NCBI GenBank assembly: GCA_043228905.1
Contig: JBHGNT010000004.1
Location: 12,400,001 to 12,464,000, forward strand
DNA length: 64,000 nucleotides
From: Azolla caroliniana
Lineage: Eukaryota; Plantae; Polypodiophyta
Reading direction: 5' to 3'
The notes under the pieces were generated by a model, which was not told the origin of the DNA, searched no databases, and worked only from the letters and a program-made list of their open reading frames with translations. A program made the position numbers and the translations under genes. Positions 1 through 12,719 of this stretch are shown one piece after another. Position 1 is the stretch's first letter. Each line of letters begins with the position of its first letter.

Positions 1-408
1 GTCATATTGGGGAACCTTGCCAATTGAACTACTTCCATCTATGCATTATTGTATTGTATAAGTTTCAATTTATTACATTCTATGTTAATCACTAGAACTT
101 TCAAGAAACTTCAGTAGAATGCATCTTCAGGCCCTCTCTAGAAGTTTCCATGCACTCTCTAAATGTTTCCTAGCTTGTATGCATACCACCACATTCTTGT
201 ATAAATACTTCGGTGCACCTTGATTACAATCAAGGTGAACAACACCAAATACGGAAGCATAATTTAGTTCTTGCTCTTTTGTCTACCTTCTCTCTCTCTT
301 GTTCTCTTGTCAATGCTCTCTCTCTCTATCTATATATCTATCTTTCGCTCTCTCTTAATATTTAGCTCGCCTACTTATCCCTGTCCTGGTCTACCCATCC
401 ATGACAAT

Positions 409-419
409 TTGTTCACCTT
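409..419 (+). promoter_or_regulatory. Non-tRNA (self-priming) PBS of element A
   Basis: ttgttcacctt just after the LTR end is the exact reverse complement of aaggtgaacaa at 232-242, which begins 32 nt after the start of TATAAATA (200-207). Confidence 0.8.
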
Positions 420-531
420 CCCTTTTTGTTACCATGTCCGACTCGGCCTTAAGCCAAGTAATGGCACCCTTCACCCGTTGAGCCTCACCTTCCGTTAGCA
501 CCTAACCCAAACCCTTCCTCTTCCAATTCAT

Positions 532-3500
532 ATGTCCTCGAACCTAACGTCAGCCTATCTAACAAAATTCAAGGGCTCGAGGGCGCATCTTCGTGGCTTC
601 ATCAATCAAAATCGGCTTATCATCCGCTTACAACCCCAACGTTATGCTAGTGATTTCTCTCGGGTCGGCCTCGTTGGCACCCTTCTCTCAATGCCGGCAC
701 AGGTGTGGTTTGCACCATTGATCGAGACCTCATCCCCACTCTTTGACAACTTTCCTACCTTCCTTGCGGATTTTGAAGCCACATTCAGAGAGACAAATCG
801 ACGACAAACGACACTCATGAAACTCTATTCCTTACACCAAGGCTCTCGTCCAGCTTCCGTCTATGCTTCAGAGTTTCATCAGATTGCATGCGATGTCAAC
901 TGGGATGACCAAGCTTTATGCGACTAGTTTCGTTGAGGCCTCAGAAATGATGTCAAGACTCTTCTCTTAAACTTTCCGGAGCCCACATCATTGTTCCAGG
1001 TAATCTCCCAAGTCATTCAATGTGATAATCGTCTTTTCGAGCTTTGACAAGAGGAATGGGGGACTCGAGGCTTTCCGTCTTCCTCCTGCAATGCTCCACT
1101 CACAAGGCCATATATATAAGTTTTGCCAAGCATGCCACGGTTGCCATCTTCCAATGATACTCATACCCCGAGGGAGGTCGACCCCTGTACCCCAATGGAG
1201 ATCGACCATGCTCGGTTCCAACCATTAACCGATGTCCAACGGCAACATCGATTTGACAATGGCCTCTGCCTCTATTGTGGTACCCCCGGCCATGTCATCC
1301 GCCACTGCTTGATGCGTGGCCCTCGTTATGAATCCCACCGTGCACGTCTTGCAGAGGTTTCTCGACAACAAGAAAATGATCGTGCACGTCTTGTAGAGGT
1401 TTTTGAACAACATGAAATCAAGCAAGTCCAGCTACAGTAGGAGCCATGCCATTGGACACTTCCCGTCCATACTTCTCTATGCTCCTACAATTCAGTCACG
1501 CCAGCAGGGTTCTCTCTTCGGGGGCGGTTACTGAAGCCACTGTCCCGTTGGTACCTCAAGTCGGGTTCCACCATGAGGTATTAACATTCTATCTCATTGC
1601 AACCTCTCAACATCCGATTGTTTTAGGGGTCTCCTAGTTGGAAACACACAATCCGATGGTGGATTGGTGTAGCCACTCCATCACCTTTCCACAAACACCA
1701 GTGCGGGTCTCTTCCACAAACATCGTTACTTCTGTGGAGGCTGCTTTCAGTTTGGCTGCACATTCTTCTTATTTCAACTCAATATCCGACATTGCCGATT
1801 CCGTTGTGGTCGATTCTAGCATGGTCGCTTCCGTGCCCGTTGTGTCATAGGACATCTTGGTTCCTGTCACCAATTTGTCTGCAAGATATAGCGATTTTTT
1901 GGTCGTGTTCGAAAAGTGAAATGTTGACCGGTTACCGGCACATCACCCCTATGATTGCCCAATCGAACTCCAAGATGGCGCACATCCACCATTTGGGCTC
2001 ATCTATGGGCTATCTGAACCCGAACTTGAGGCTCTTCCCACATATCTAGATGAAAACCTCGCCAAGGGCTTCATTTAACCCTCCAAATCACTGGTTGGGG
2101 CCCCAATCTTATTTGTCAAGAAGAAGGACGACTCATTACGCCTATGTGTGGATTATCGGGGTCTCAACAAAATTACGTTACGTAATCGTTATCCCTTGGC
2201 TTTAATTACAACACTCTGTGACCTACTTTGAACCGGGCTTAACTTCTCCAAAATCAACCTTCGGGGATCCTACAATCTGGTGCGTATCAAGCTAGGAGAC
2301 GAGTGGAAAACTGCCTTCCGAACACACTATGGACATTTCAAGTACAAGGTGATGCCTTTTAGTCTCACCAACGCCCCAATGGTCTTACAGCACACAATGA
2401 ACAATATATTTTGGGAGTATCTCGATCACTTCGTGGTGATCTATCTTCACAACATTTTAGTTTTTTCTTCCAACATAGATGAGCACACCTGAAACATTCG
2501 ACTGGTTCTATCCAAACTTCGGGAACATGGACTTTATGCCAAAAGTGAGAAATGTGAATTCGATGGGACCTCTATCGAATTCCTAGGCTACGTGATTTCA
2601 CCCTTCGGGATCACAATGGACGCACGCAAGGTAGTGGCAATAACCGACTGGCTTGTCCCTACTCGGTTGAAAGAGGTACAATCATTTCTCAGTTTTGCAA
2701 ATTTCTATCGATGATTTATCAATGGTTTTTCCTCTTTAGTGCAACCTCTAATAATCCTTACTAGAAAAGATACTCCATTTCTTTGGACTTCTGTGGTGCA
2801 AAGTGCTTTTGATGTCCTCAAGGCAACTTTTCTCTCAGCCCTAGTGTTGCTCCACCTCAACACCACAAGGCCTTTCCAAGTTGAAATCAATGCCTCCGAC
2901 TTTGCCATTGGAGCTGTCTTGTCCCAACTAGATGACGAGGGCGCACTGAATCTTGTTGCCTTCTACTCTTGGAAGTTTACCACCCCAGAAATCAATTATT
3001 CGTTCTACGACACAGAGCTTGCAACAATCATATCTACCTTCATCGAGTGGCGACCCTATTTGGCTGGGGCCCAACATCGCATCTAGGTGCTGACCGACCA
3101 GAACAATCTAATTTACTTCACCACCAGTTGTACATTGAATCGGAGGCAAACCCGATGGTCATCTTTTCTCGCCAACTACGACTTTGAGATCTTGTTTCGA
3201 CCTGGAGTTCAACATGGGAAAGTTGATGCCCTCTCTGAGCGTCCTTATTTTGCATTGCGCCCAAGAGATGATGCATATTCACAACAATCACATTTTTTGT
3301 TACGGCACGATCAACTTCAGATGTTCGCCACCTGCATGTTGCATGATGATTCTTTGCTCAACGAGATTGCCACAGCAACCACGTCAAACCCATTCACCAA
3401 AGAAATCATGGCCCACATCAATGACCCATCTCCAGGCATGAAAAGCTCATATCTCAACCAATTTACAGCACGAGATGGGTTACTATATCATAATCATCTC

Positions 3501-4814
3501 TTGTATGTTCCCGAAGGATCATGTCGGACACGGGTACTACAAAACTGTCATGATAATCCTCTTGCCGGCCACTTTGGGGTCACGAAAACCCTGGAATTGC
3601 TATCTCGAGGGTTTTGGTGGCCCCAACCTTGGAAATTTGTCAAGGAATTTATCAAGACATGTGATGTATGTGCTTGGTCCAAAATGCCTCACCATCGGCC
3701 ATATGGTCTCCTCCACCCGCTCCCCATTCCAAGTCGACCATGGGTCTCTCTATCCATGGACTTTATCATCGACCTCCCTTTGGTTGGTGGCCATGACACA
3801 GTGCTAGTCATTGTCGATCGGTTTTCGAAAATGGCTCACTTTGTCCCATGTTCCAAAACCATTTCTAGGGAAGAGACAACTGACCTTTTTCTTTAAAATG
3901 TTGTCCGATTACATGGCTTACCGGAGGATATCACCTCTGATCGAGGTTCTCAATTCATTTCCAACTCTTGGCAACGACTTCTACAAACATTCGGGACTTC
4001 TGTAAACTTGTCCTCAACATACCATCCTCAAACTGATGGAAAAATGGAACGAGTCAACCAATCCTTGAACAATACCTTCGGTGTACCGTGAGCTACCAAC
4101 AAGAGGATTGGGTGGGCTTCCTTGCAATGGCGGAATTTGCCTACAATAATTGTATCCATGCTTCGACTAAGGTTTCCCCCTTCTTTGCAAACTATGGATT
4201 TCACCCTCGTTTCAACATTTCCATACCTGCAATTTCAGTCAATCCATCGGCAGAGACACGTGCCCACGCTTTACACGATATCCATCGTGATATCTCTGTG
4301 TCGCTAGCGACCAATATAAAGATCAAGCGGACTGACATCGCTTGGTTGCACAGACGTTTGCGGTCGGGGACATGGTTTGGCTATTATGTCGCCACATAGC
4401 CAACACATCGCCACCATCACAAAAGCAGACTACAAAAGAATAGGCCCTTTTTGTATCACCGAGTGAATCAACCCAGTTGCCTCTCGGTTAGCACTTCCTC
4501 CAACATTCAGGATTCACAATGTTTTTCACGTTTCTCTCCTGGAACTCTACCATTCATCTCAAATTCTGGGACGACAACCTTCTCCACTGCCACCTATGGA
4601 ATTGTCGATGGGCAAAGAATATGAGGTTGACCAAATCCTCGACTTTGGATATCTTCGTCGACAACTCCAATATTTGTTCTTATGGAAAGGTTACCCCATT
4701 TTGGATGCCACATGGGAACTAGTTACACATTTACAAAATCCTTTGGAGGACATTCACGATTTTCATCAACGATACCCACATAAGCGAGCCGCGAGTTCTG
4801 GGAGGCGGCCTTAG
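532..4814 (+). pseudogene. Element A gag-pol (retrotransposon gag, CCHC knuckle, RT, RNase H, integrase, chromodomain), many stops and frameshifts
   Basis: ORF fragments: CLYCGTPGHVIRHC; [21 protein letters not shown]; EINASDFAIGAVL; HDNPLAGHFG...CDVC...SMDFIIDLP; EYEVDQILD...YLFLWKGY...ATWE. Confidence 0.95.
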
Positions 4815-5244
4815 AGGGAGGATAATGTCATAGACACAATGGAATGCAGGGGTTGAACCCACGATTGGGCAACCTTACCAACATTATTATATTGTATAAG
4901 TTTCAACTTATTACATTCTATGTTAATCACTAGAACATTCAAGAAACTTCTAGAGAATGAATCTTCATGCACTCTCTAGAAGTTTCCATGCACTCTCTAG
5001 ATGTTTCCTATCTTGCATGTATACCACCACATTGTTGTATAAATACTTCGGTGCACCTTGATTACAATCAAGGTGAACAACACTAGTTACGGAAGCATAA
5101 TTTAGTTCTTGCTCTTTTGTCTACCTTCTCTCTCTCTTGTTCTCTTGTCTATGCTCTCTCTCTCTATCTATATATCTATCTTTCGCTCTCTCTTAATATT
5201 TAGCTCGCCTACTTATCCCTGCCCTGGTCTACCCGTCCGTGACA

Positions 5245-5371
5245 CAACAACTCGATATGCTAAACTTGAAGGGGAGGAGCGAAGCCGAAAACGAGAAAGA
5301 CGAAGTCGGAATGTTCGAATCGGCTGGAGAAGATGGAAGAAGATTGGCTAGGAAGAGGCTAGCCTGATGTA
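5245..5371 (+). mobile_element. Fragment of host copia H (end of RNase H and 3' region) between insertions A and B
   Basis: ctcgatatgctaaacttgaaggggagg resembles copia C at about 10225-10250 and copia E at about 39313-39340; the sequence continues at 16760. Confidence 0.75.
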
Positions 5372-5408
5372 TGTCATGATGACACTTACATGCAATATGG
5401 GTTTACAA

Positions 5409-5470
5409 GGAATCGAACCCACAACCTTGTTATATTCGCATCGAGTTCTTGACCATTGTAATGATATATT
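5409..5470 (-). ncRNA. tRNA-derived Pol III cassette in the element B 5' LTR (copy in the 3' LTR at about 16325-16386)
   Basis: Minus strand reads cattacaatggtcaagaac...aaggttgtgGGTTCGATTCC: a perfect B box, a degenerate A box and 45 nt from U8 to G53. Confidence 0.7.
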
Positions 5471-5516
5471 TATTTGTAAAAGAATTGATAAACTATATGA
5501 AATACTACAGAGTAAT

Positions 5517-8500
5517 TGTTGAGATACAAGCTCAACATTGGCCGGATCGGTTGTGCAAGCCAAGAACCGGATCGGTTGGGGCCGATCGGTTAGGCCATAG
5601 CGGTGCGTAAACCGCAATGCCGTTGGGAAGATATTCCGCGTAGGAATATATTTTGGGAGTTAGCGTAGAGCTCAGTTATGAGCATTGAAGTACGTGTCAG
5701 TACCTCTGTCAGTCTGTATGGACTTGTATAAAAGTGCTCACTGAGCACATTCTATGTACAGATTGAGTATTATTTTTGAATTTAGTTTTCTGTGTGTTCT
5801 CTCTGTCTCTCCCGCATACTGTGTATATTCAAGCTCTCCATTAAACCTGCCTATTTTCAGTGTTCGGTTTTCTATTGCTTCCGCGCATAATCTTTTTCAT
5901 GGTATCAGAGTGCGAGGGTTGAGAACCTCTGCAGCCGACATAGCTTGAAAAGAAAACTAACCAAAAAGAACAAAAAAAAAAACAAAATGTATAGAGGCAT
6001 GGCTAGCTCGCTTCCTACCGAGAAGCTCAATAGGAACAACTATGCGTCTTGGTCCTACAAGATGCACCGGTACCTGCTCGGGCACGGTTACTAGAGCTAT
6101 GTTGACGAGGCAAATGATACAGCATCCGAATCGACACACAGAGATTTCCCGGCGTGGGAACAGTCGGCGAGCAGAGTATTGTACTGCTTCGCGTCTTGTG
6201 TGGGCGAATAGCTCCTAAGCTACATTCGGGATGCAAAAACGCTGAAAGATGCTTGGGGAAATCTGAAGAAGATTTTCGCTGCAAGCACTACAGCCAAAAA
6301 GCTTCAACTCCAACAGGAGCTGAGCAACCTACGACAATGCGATCAACGTGATTTTTCGGTGGCTGATTACACCTCAAAGATCAAAGATATATGCGACTCC
6401 TTAGCCTCCATCGATGTGAACTTCGAGGAAGGCGAGCTGGTGCAGATCTGTCTCGGGGGACTGGCATCGAAGTTCGGAGCGTTCTGAACTACTGTGTGTA
6501 CACGGGAGAATACGCCGTCGTTTTTCAACTTACAGTCAATGCTCCTTATACAGGAGAACCATGCGGGTGCGTCGACGAGCACGCAATGCCGACATCAAGA
6601 TGTTGTACACAGAGGGAGATAGGCCCCGTGGTCGTGGTGGACGAGGTGAGTCGGTGCGCAATGGGGGCGGCCGACGGGATCAAGGAAGAAGGCACTGAAG
6701 TGATGCCGACAGCAATTCCGGACCCTCCAGAAACAGGGGGAGTCGAGGCGATGAGAACCGGCATGGGAAATCTATCGTGGAATGTTGGTACTATGGAAGG
6801 AAAGGCCACAGGGAGAGCAAGTGCTAGAAAAAGCGCGCCGATTCAGAGAGAACCGGGTCCGGATCAGGTTCTGGACAGACCGACAAAGGAAATAAGGAGC
6901 GATCCGAAAAAGGGTCAGTCTTCGTGACGAGACAGGAAGCAAACTCGATGAAGAAGATCACCCCCAAGTTTGACAAGGTGTGGTACGTTGACTCCGGCAC
7001 GTCAAACCATATGACGTGCCACAAGGATGGTTCTCTTACCTAGAAAAACCGATGCAACCGAGAGTAGTCGCAACCGGAGACGACACTCCGCATTTGATCA
7101 CGAATGTCAATGAGGTTCCCCTGAGCCATGTCAGGTAGAAAGGAAAACTTATGAACGTGTTACACGTCCCGATAATCACGAAGAATTTGGTGTCGGTCGG
7201 GCAAATCGTCGACCAGGGGATGCAAGTTCGGTTCACACATCTTGGGTGCTTCATCAAAGAAGAAGGCCGAGTTATTGCGCAAGGGCGTAGAGACGGGAGG
7301 ATGTTTATCCTCGACTCTAGTGACGGTGGCACCGCAATGTTCATGAAAGGACAAAAAGTCGAGTAGGACATCGACTTATGGCACAAGCAGATAGGCCATG
7401 TCAACTATCAGCGGCTTCAGGACCTGCAATCGAAACAGGTAGTGTTTGGATTGCCAAAATTTAGTGGCCGAAAGGCGCAAATTTGTGAAGCTTTCCAGCT
7501 AGGGAAGCAACACCGACTTCCTTTTCCTAACGAGCGCAACCGGAGCCGGAACAAGCTCGACTTGATACATTCTGATGTATGGGGGCCGACATAGAATGTT
7601 AGTCTTGGCAGGAGTCGATATTTTGTCTCCTTCATTGGTGACTATACGCGGCACACGTGGATCTATCTCATCGAGAAGAAGAGTGAAGTCTTCGACTGTT
7701 TCCGGGACCTCAAAAGGTTTGTGGAAATAGAAACAGGACGAAAGATCAAGTGCTTGCGGTCGGATGACGGGAAAGAATACTTTTCCGGTCAATTCAACGG
7801 CTATCTACAACAGATGCAAATTCGGCGCGAATTCAGTTGTAGATTCACACCGGAGCAAAACGGCGTGGCCGAGAGGAACAACCGGTCAATTGTAGAAGCG
7901 GCACGGGCAATGCTGGAGGAGAAGAGCTTGCCCAAGTTCTATTAGGCCGAGGCGGTACGAACTGTAGTATACATCTAGAATTGGATCGGAGACAAAGTGT
8001 CGACGCATGAGTAGTATTTCGGAAGGAAGCCGAATCTACGACACTTGAGAGTTTTCGGTAGCATTGCGTATCTGCATGTACCGAAGGAGAAACGGAGGAA
8101 GTTGGATGCGAAAACCGAGAAGTGTATCTTAGTCGGCTACTCAGACAAGCAGAAGGATTATAACTGTTTTAACCCTCGCACCAAACAAGCGCACGTGAAC
8201 CATGACGTTGTGTTTGACGAGTCCGCATCCTGGTACTTGCCTCCGACTCCGAACCTCACCTCAAATCTGAGTTCTGACGATGAGGTTAGCGAGGCCGAGA
8301 TGCCTCCGGATGCGCCTGAAATCGGGACCCGCAAAGAGAGTCTGATTTCGTTTCGGTTAAGTGGACCGGATGGACGATTGAGTCGGTTCGACCAGTCCGA
8401 TGAAGAGCCAACGAGTAGTGGAGACTCGGCCGTGCATTCCCCGCGTAGGAAGCCGAGGAGACGGCTTACACGCAAAGAAAAAGGGAAGAAGAAGGTGTCG

Positions 8501-11156
8501 GATTACGGCACGGATAGGAACGAGTCAGATCGACGCGAGTCCGACTCCAAGGGAAGTGACGACAGGTCTTTGAGACCGAAGTCCGCGTCGGCCAAGAAAG
8601 CCTCAACTTCGGCTAATAAGCAATTGCGCCGATCAACCAACCAGAAGAACCCTATTGTGAGATTCGGTTAGAACGAGTACATGGTGCATCACTATGTGTA
8701 CATGACACGTGTAGCGGATGTGCGTGAGCCGGAGAGCTACGCAGAAGCGGCGAAGGACGCAAATTGGCATGCCGCAATGGAGGAAGAGATGCGCGCATTG
8801 GCGGAAAATGAAACCTAGGACCTAGTTGATGCAAGAAAAGGTGTGAAGCCGATCGGATGTAGGTGGGTGTACAAGGTCAAGTACAACACTGACGGCTCGG
8901 TCAACCGATATAAGGCCCAGTTAGTAGCAAAAGGCCATGCGCAAAAACACGGCATTGACTACAATGAGACGTTTGCACCAGTCACGAAGACAACAACTGT
9001 CCGTGTTTTGCTCACGGTCGCTACGGCAAAGGAGTGGCACTTACATCAGATGGATGTAAGGAATGCGTTCTTGCAAGCTGAGCTTGAGGAACAGGTGTAC
9101 ATGGTACAGCCCCCCGAATTTCAGTCTGGAACGAACACTTCGGTGGTGTGCCGATTGAAGAAGTCCCTTTACGGACTAAAGCAAGCCCCGCGTGCCTAGA
9201 ACGTGAAGATCACGCAACGATTGCGCCGGTTGGGCTTTGCGACGTTAAAATCAGACTCCTCACTGTTCACCCGGAAAGGTCGACTCAAGCCGGTTAGTAT
9301 TTTACTTTATGTTGATGACTTGGTCATCACCGGCACCGACCTTTACTCCAGCTTGCGGCATCATTTGACATGAAGGACCTGGGGGACCTTCATTACTTCC
9401 TCGAGATCGAAGTGATCCGCACCCCCGAAGGCATACTGATCAGCCAACGGCATTACATGCTGAGTACGCTCTTCAAATTCGGGATGGCTGACTGTAAGTA
9501 CGTCTCGATTCCTCTGGATAGAACCGTCAAGCTTCGTCCCGATTCCGGAAAGGTATGCGACCCGACGAGGTTCCGACAAATAGTCGGAAGCCTTATATAC
9601 TTGACCATCACCCGACCAGATCTCAGCTACACGGTCGGGGTGATCAGTCAGTTGATGGCGCGACCGACCAAGAAGCACCTTCAGTGCGCACAACGACTAC
9701 TCCAATACGTTAGTGGCACTAAGGACCGGGGGCTACTATATCGGGCCGATACTGCCGCGCAATTGGTCAGTTACACCGATGTTGATTGGGCCGGAAACGC
9801 CAGCGATCGTCGATCCACGTCCCGTTTCGCGTTCTATCTCGGGAGTGCCGCAATAGCGTGGAGTAGCAAGAAGTAGTCGATAGTTGCGCTGTCGAGCACC
9901 GAAGCCGAGTATAGAGGAGCGGTTGTTGTGACATGCGAAGCCATATGGTTGAAGCGGCTACTTAAGGATCTACAGGTGGAGGTATCCGATCCAACACCAA
10001 TCTACTGTGACAACCTCAGCAACATCCAACTAGCTAAGAACCCCATCTTCCACGCCCGGACTAAGCACATTGAGGTGCACTACCATTTCGTCCGTGAGCG
10101 TGTCCTCTCCAGTGAAGTCGAACTTTAGTATGTTCCGACAGATCGGCAGAACGCCGACATCTTCACCAAGCCTCTTGGTCTGGACAAGTTGCGGCAATTC
10201 TCGGGTGTGCTTGGGTTGCGTCACCTCGACATGCCGAACTTGAGGGGAAGAGACGTCCATGATGACCACGGAAGGGAGCAGGAAAGGAGCGGAAAAGACC
10301 GTGATGCCGAGTCAGATGACGGATTTGATTTCGGATTGGCTGAGGAAGCCGAGGGCGGATCCGCAGAAGAGTCTGAAAACGAACATAAGGGGAGCAGTCG
10401 AAAGAAAGAGCCGAAGCCAACCAAGCATGGGGGAGACGAAGCCATCAAGGGCGAGAAGACCGAAGAAGAGTTGGAGATAGGCAACTTGGACGAGAGTGAA
10501 AACCGATCAGAGGAAGCTAAGTCGGTTCGGATGTTTTATTCGGATACGCTGAATCAACCAAGGGCCAAGCGGAAGACAAGGCAACAGAAGAGGCGCCAAC
10601 ACCGCAAGAACAAGGAAGCTGAGAAGGGCCGCGTGAGCAGACAAGCCGATCGGAAGGGTCGAGGCGCGCGGAATCGAACAGGTCGAGGAGCGCGAGCGAG
10701 GCGTGAAGCCAGAAGGAACCAGAGCGCAGATCTGGAAGAGCAGATGGAACCTCAAGTTGAACTTGAGGGGGAGTTTTGAGATACAAGCTCAACATTGACC
10801 GGATTGGCTGTGCAAGCCGAGAACCGGATCGGTTGGGGCCGATCGGTTAGGCCGTAGCGGTGCGTAAACCACGAGGCCATTGGAAAGATATTCTGCGTAG
10901 AAATACATTCTGGGAGTTAGCGTAGAGCTCAGTTATGAGCATTGAAGTACGTGTCAGTACCTCTGTCAATCCGTATGGACATGTATAAAAGTGCTCACTG
11001 AGCACATTCTATGTTCAGATTGAGTATTATTTTTGAATTTAGTTTTCTGTGTGTTCTCTCTATCTCTCCCACGTATTGTGTATATTCAAGCTCTCCATTA
11101 AACCCTCCTATTTTCTGTGTTCGGTTTTCTATTGCTTCCGCACATAATCTTTTTCA
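5517..11156 (+). mobile_element. Element C: full-length degenerate Ty1/copia inserted in the LTR of B
   Basis: LTRs 5517-5899 and 10774-11156; perfect TSD GTAAT (5512-5516/11157-11161); PBS tggtatcagag (tRNA-iMet type) at 5900; PPT gagggggag at 10765-10773. Confidence 0.96.
5999..10779 (+). pseudogene. Element C copia polyprotein (gag-PR-INT-RT-RNH) with a charged C-terminal extension, disrupted
   Basis: WYVDSG-type protease motif, [76 protein letters not shown]; many in-frame stops. Confidence 0.93.
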
Positions 11157-11428
11157 GTAATCTAGAGTACTCTATGTTCTAGAATGTGCTAGAGTATTCT
11201 AGAGTGCTCTTTTGTCTAGGAAATTCTAGAATATTCTAGCATGGTATTTATTCAAGGAGGTTCTAGAATATTCATGGTCTTTATTCTAGAGCTTTCTAGA
11301 ATATCCTATTAAAACTTATAAATATGCATATTACCATAAGGGATGAACCAATTTGGTTAAACGCCATTCTAGAGCGCCCTTGTTTACTCGTTGTATTCCA
11401 CTCTTCTATTGGAATACATTATCTTTAC

Positions 11429-11459
<31 letters not shown>

Positions 11460-11557
11460 GACAGTTTGAACCTAATTTCTTGTTTCCTTCCTCATTTCTT
11501 TCTCTTTCAAGAACCTTAATAAGTTTCCTTCTTTCTTTTCCTCTTCCTTCGTACGAT

Positions 11558-12679
11558 ATGGAGTCTGTGAGCAAACAAGAATATATGCGCGTCCTTTCTG
11601 AGCTCGACATCCTCACAAATAAATTTGTGGCACTAGAGTAAGAAAATCAAAGACTACTCGGGGACCTACAACATGTGAGTACCGAGAAAGCGCAACAGTA
11701 TGAAGAGTTGTCACAATGGGTTCGCCAACTCGAGGCTACTATATTATCATTACGAGAACAAGCGTTGGGGGTTCAAAAATACCCCAAAGAACCTAAGATT
11801 AGCCTCCCTGCTAAGTTTGATGGTACGAGGTCTCTATTTCGAGGCTTTTTGAATCAAGTACGTTTGGTCATTCAACTACATCCTAATCGATATCCAACAG
11901 AAGCTGCTCGTGTGGGATTAGTAGGAACCTTGCTATGTGGTACGGCACTAGCATGGTTTGCTCCACTCCTCGAAAAGAAGTTACCGTTGTTGGAGGATTT
12001 TGAGGTGTTTGTTAAGGAGTTTCAAGTTAGCTTTGGAGATACTGACAATATTAGGATTGCAATAAACAAGAATCGAAGGCTCCGACAAGGAGATCGTCCC
12101 GCGTCGGCTTACGCAGCCGATTTCCGTCTCTTGGCATGCGATATCCCTTGGGATGAGGTGGCTCTAATGGAACAATTTCGTCATGTTCTGCGTAATGATG
12201 TCAAAGATCTTCTTCTTACCTTTCATGAAGATCCGAAATCTCTTACAGAGGCAATTAGTCGAGCTGTATGTTATGATATTCGCCTCTTTGAGCGACGCTC
12301 GGACCAACAAATGTTGCGCCGTCAACCGGATCAAACGTACGTTTCTATAATCGCAACGCCTCCACCAGTCTCAAGACTCATTACGAGGGATGGCCCAACT
12401 CCAATGGAAATAGAGTCAACACAACGTCGGGGGCCCTTATCGAATGCTGAGAAGCAATGACGTCGAGCACACCGCTTATGTCTATATTGTGGGGGTCCAG
12501 GACATATAGCTGTGGATTGTCCGCATAAACCTAGACGTCAAGTATACCAAGTAAGTGCACAAGACAACCCTACTTCAAGTTCCGTTATTACTTCTAATAA
12601 CATAATTAAGCCTAGTAGTCCATGCCATGAGAATAGATTCGAGGTCTTGAGCCAATTAGAGGATGTGTTAAACGAGTAA
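11558..12679 (+). pseudogene. Element B gag (retrotransposon gag domain plus CCHC knuckle), premature stops
   Basis: ORF 11675-12460 (PKISLPAKFDG...LAWFAPLLEK...LRQGDRPASAYAADFR...GPTPMEI) continues in frame to CLYCGGPGHIAVDC and TAA at 12677-12679. Confidence 0.9.
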
Positions 12680-12719
12680 GTCCGGCCAAAATAGGAGCCA
12701 TTTGGTTGGACAACCCTAG
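12667..12719 (+). promoter_or_regulatory. -1 programmed ribosomal frameshift signal (slippery heptamer plus stem-loop/pseudoknot), element B
   Basis: G TTA AAC is in the gag frame, followed by a 6-nt spacer and stem gtccggccaa/ttggttggac; loop tagg can pair with downstream ccta. The -1 frame is open into pol ORF 12706-13605. Confidence 0.8.

Larger units (their letters stand above)
1..5244 (+). mobile_element. Element A: Ty3/gypsy chromovirus (Tcn1/Tf1-like), degenerate; 5' LTR cut by the window start
   Basis: Direct repeats 1-406 and 4826-5244 end in TGACA; the 3' LTR starts TGTCA after a PPT (agagggaggataa, 4813-4825). Internal order is gag(CCHC)-PR-RT-RNH-INT-chromodomain. Confidence 0.95.

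Noticed and set aside
1-6. gtcata as the true 5' terminus of element A
   Set aside because: The 3' LTR has about 35 more bases (including the B box) before the alignable region, so the 5' LTR probably starts upstream of the window and the TSD cannot be checked.
271-498. Hydrophobic small ORFs in LTRs (also 5109-5351, 11324-11641, 38438-38686, 40957-41268)
   Set aside because: They derive from CT/GA microsatellites and T-rich LTR sequence, with no sign of coding constraint.
5409-5470. Functional tRNA genes in the chromovirus LTRs
   Set aside because: Acceptor and anticodon stems do not pair well and no anticodon can be assigned; reported as tRNA-derived cassettes only.
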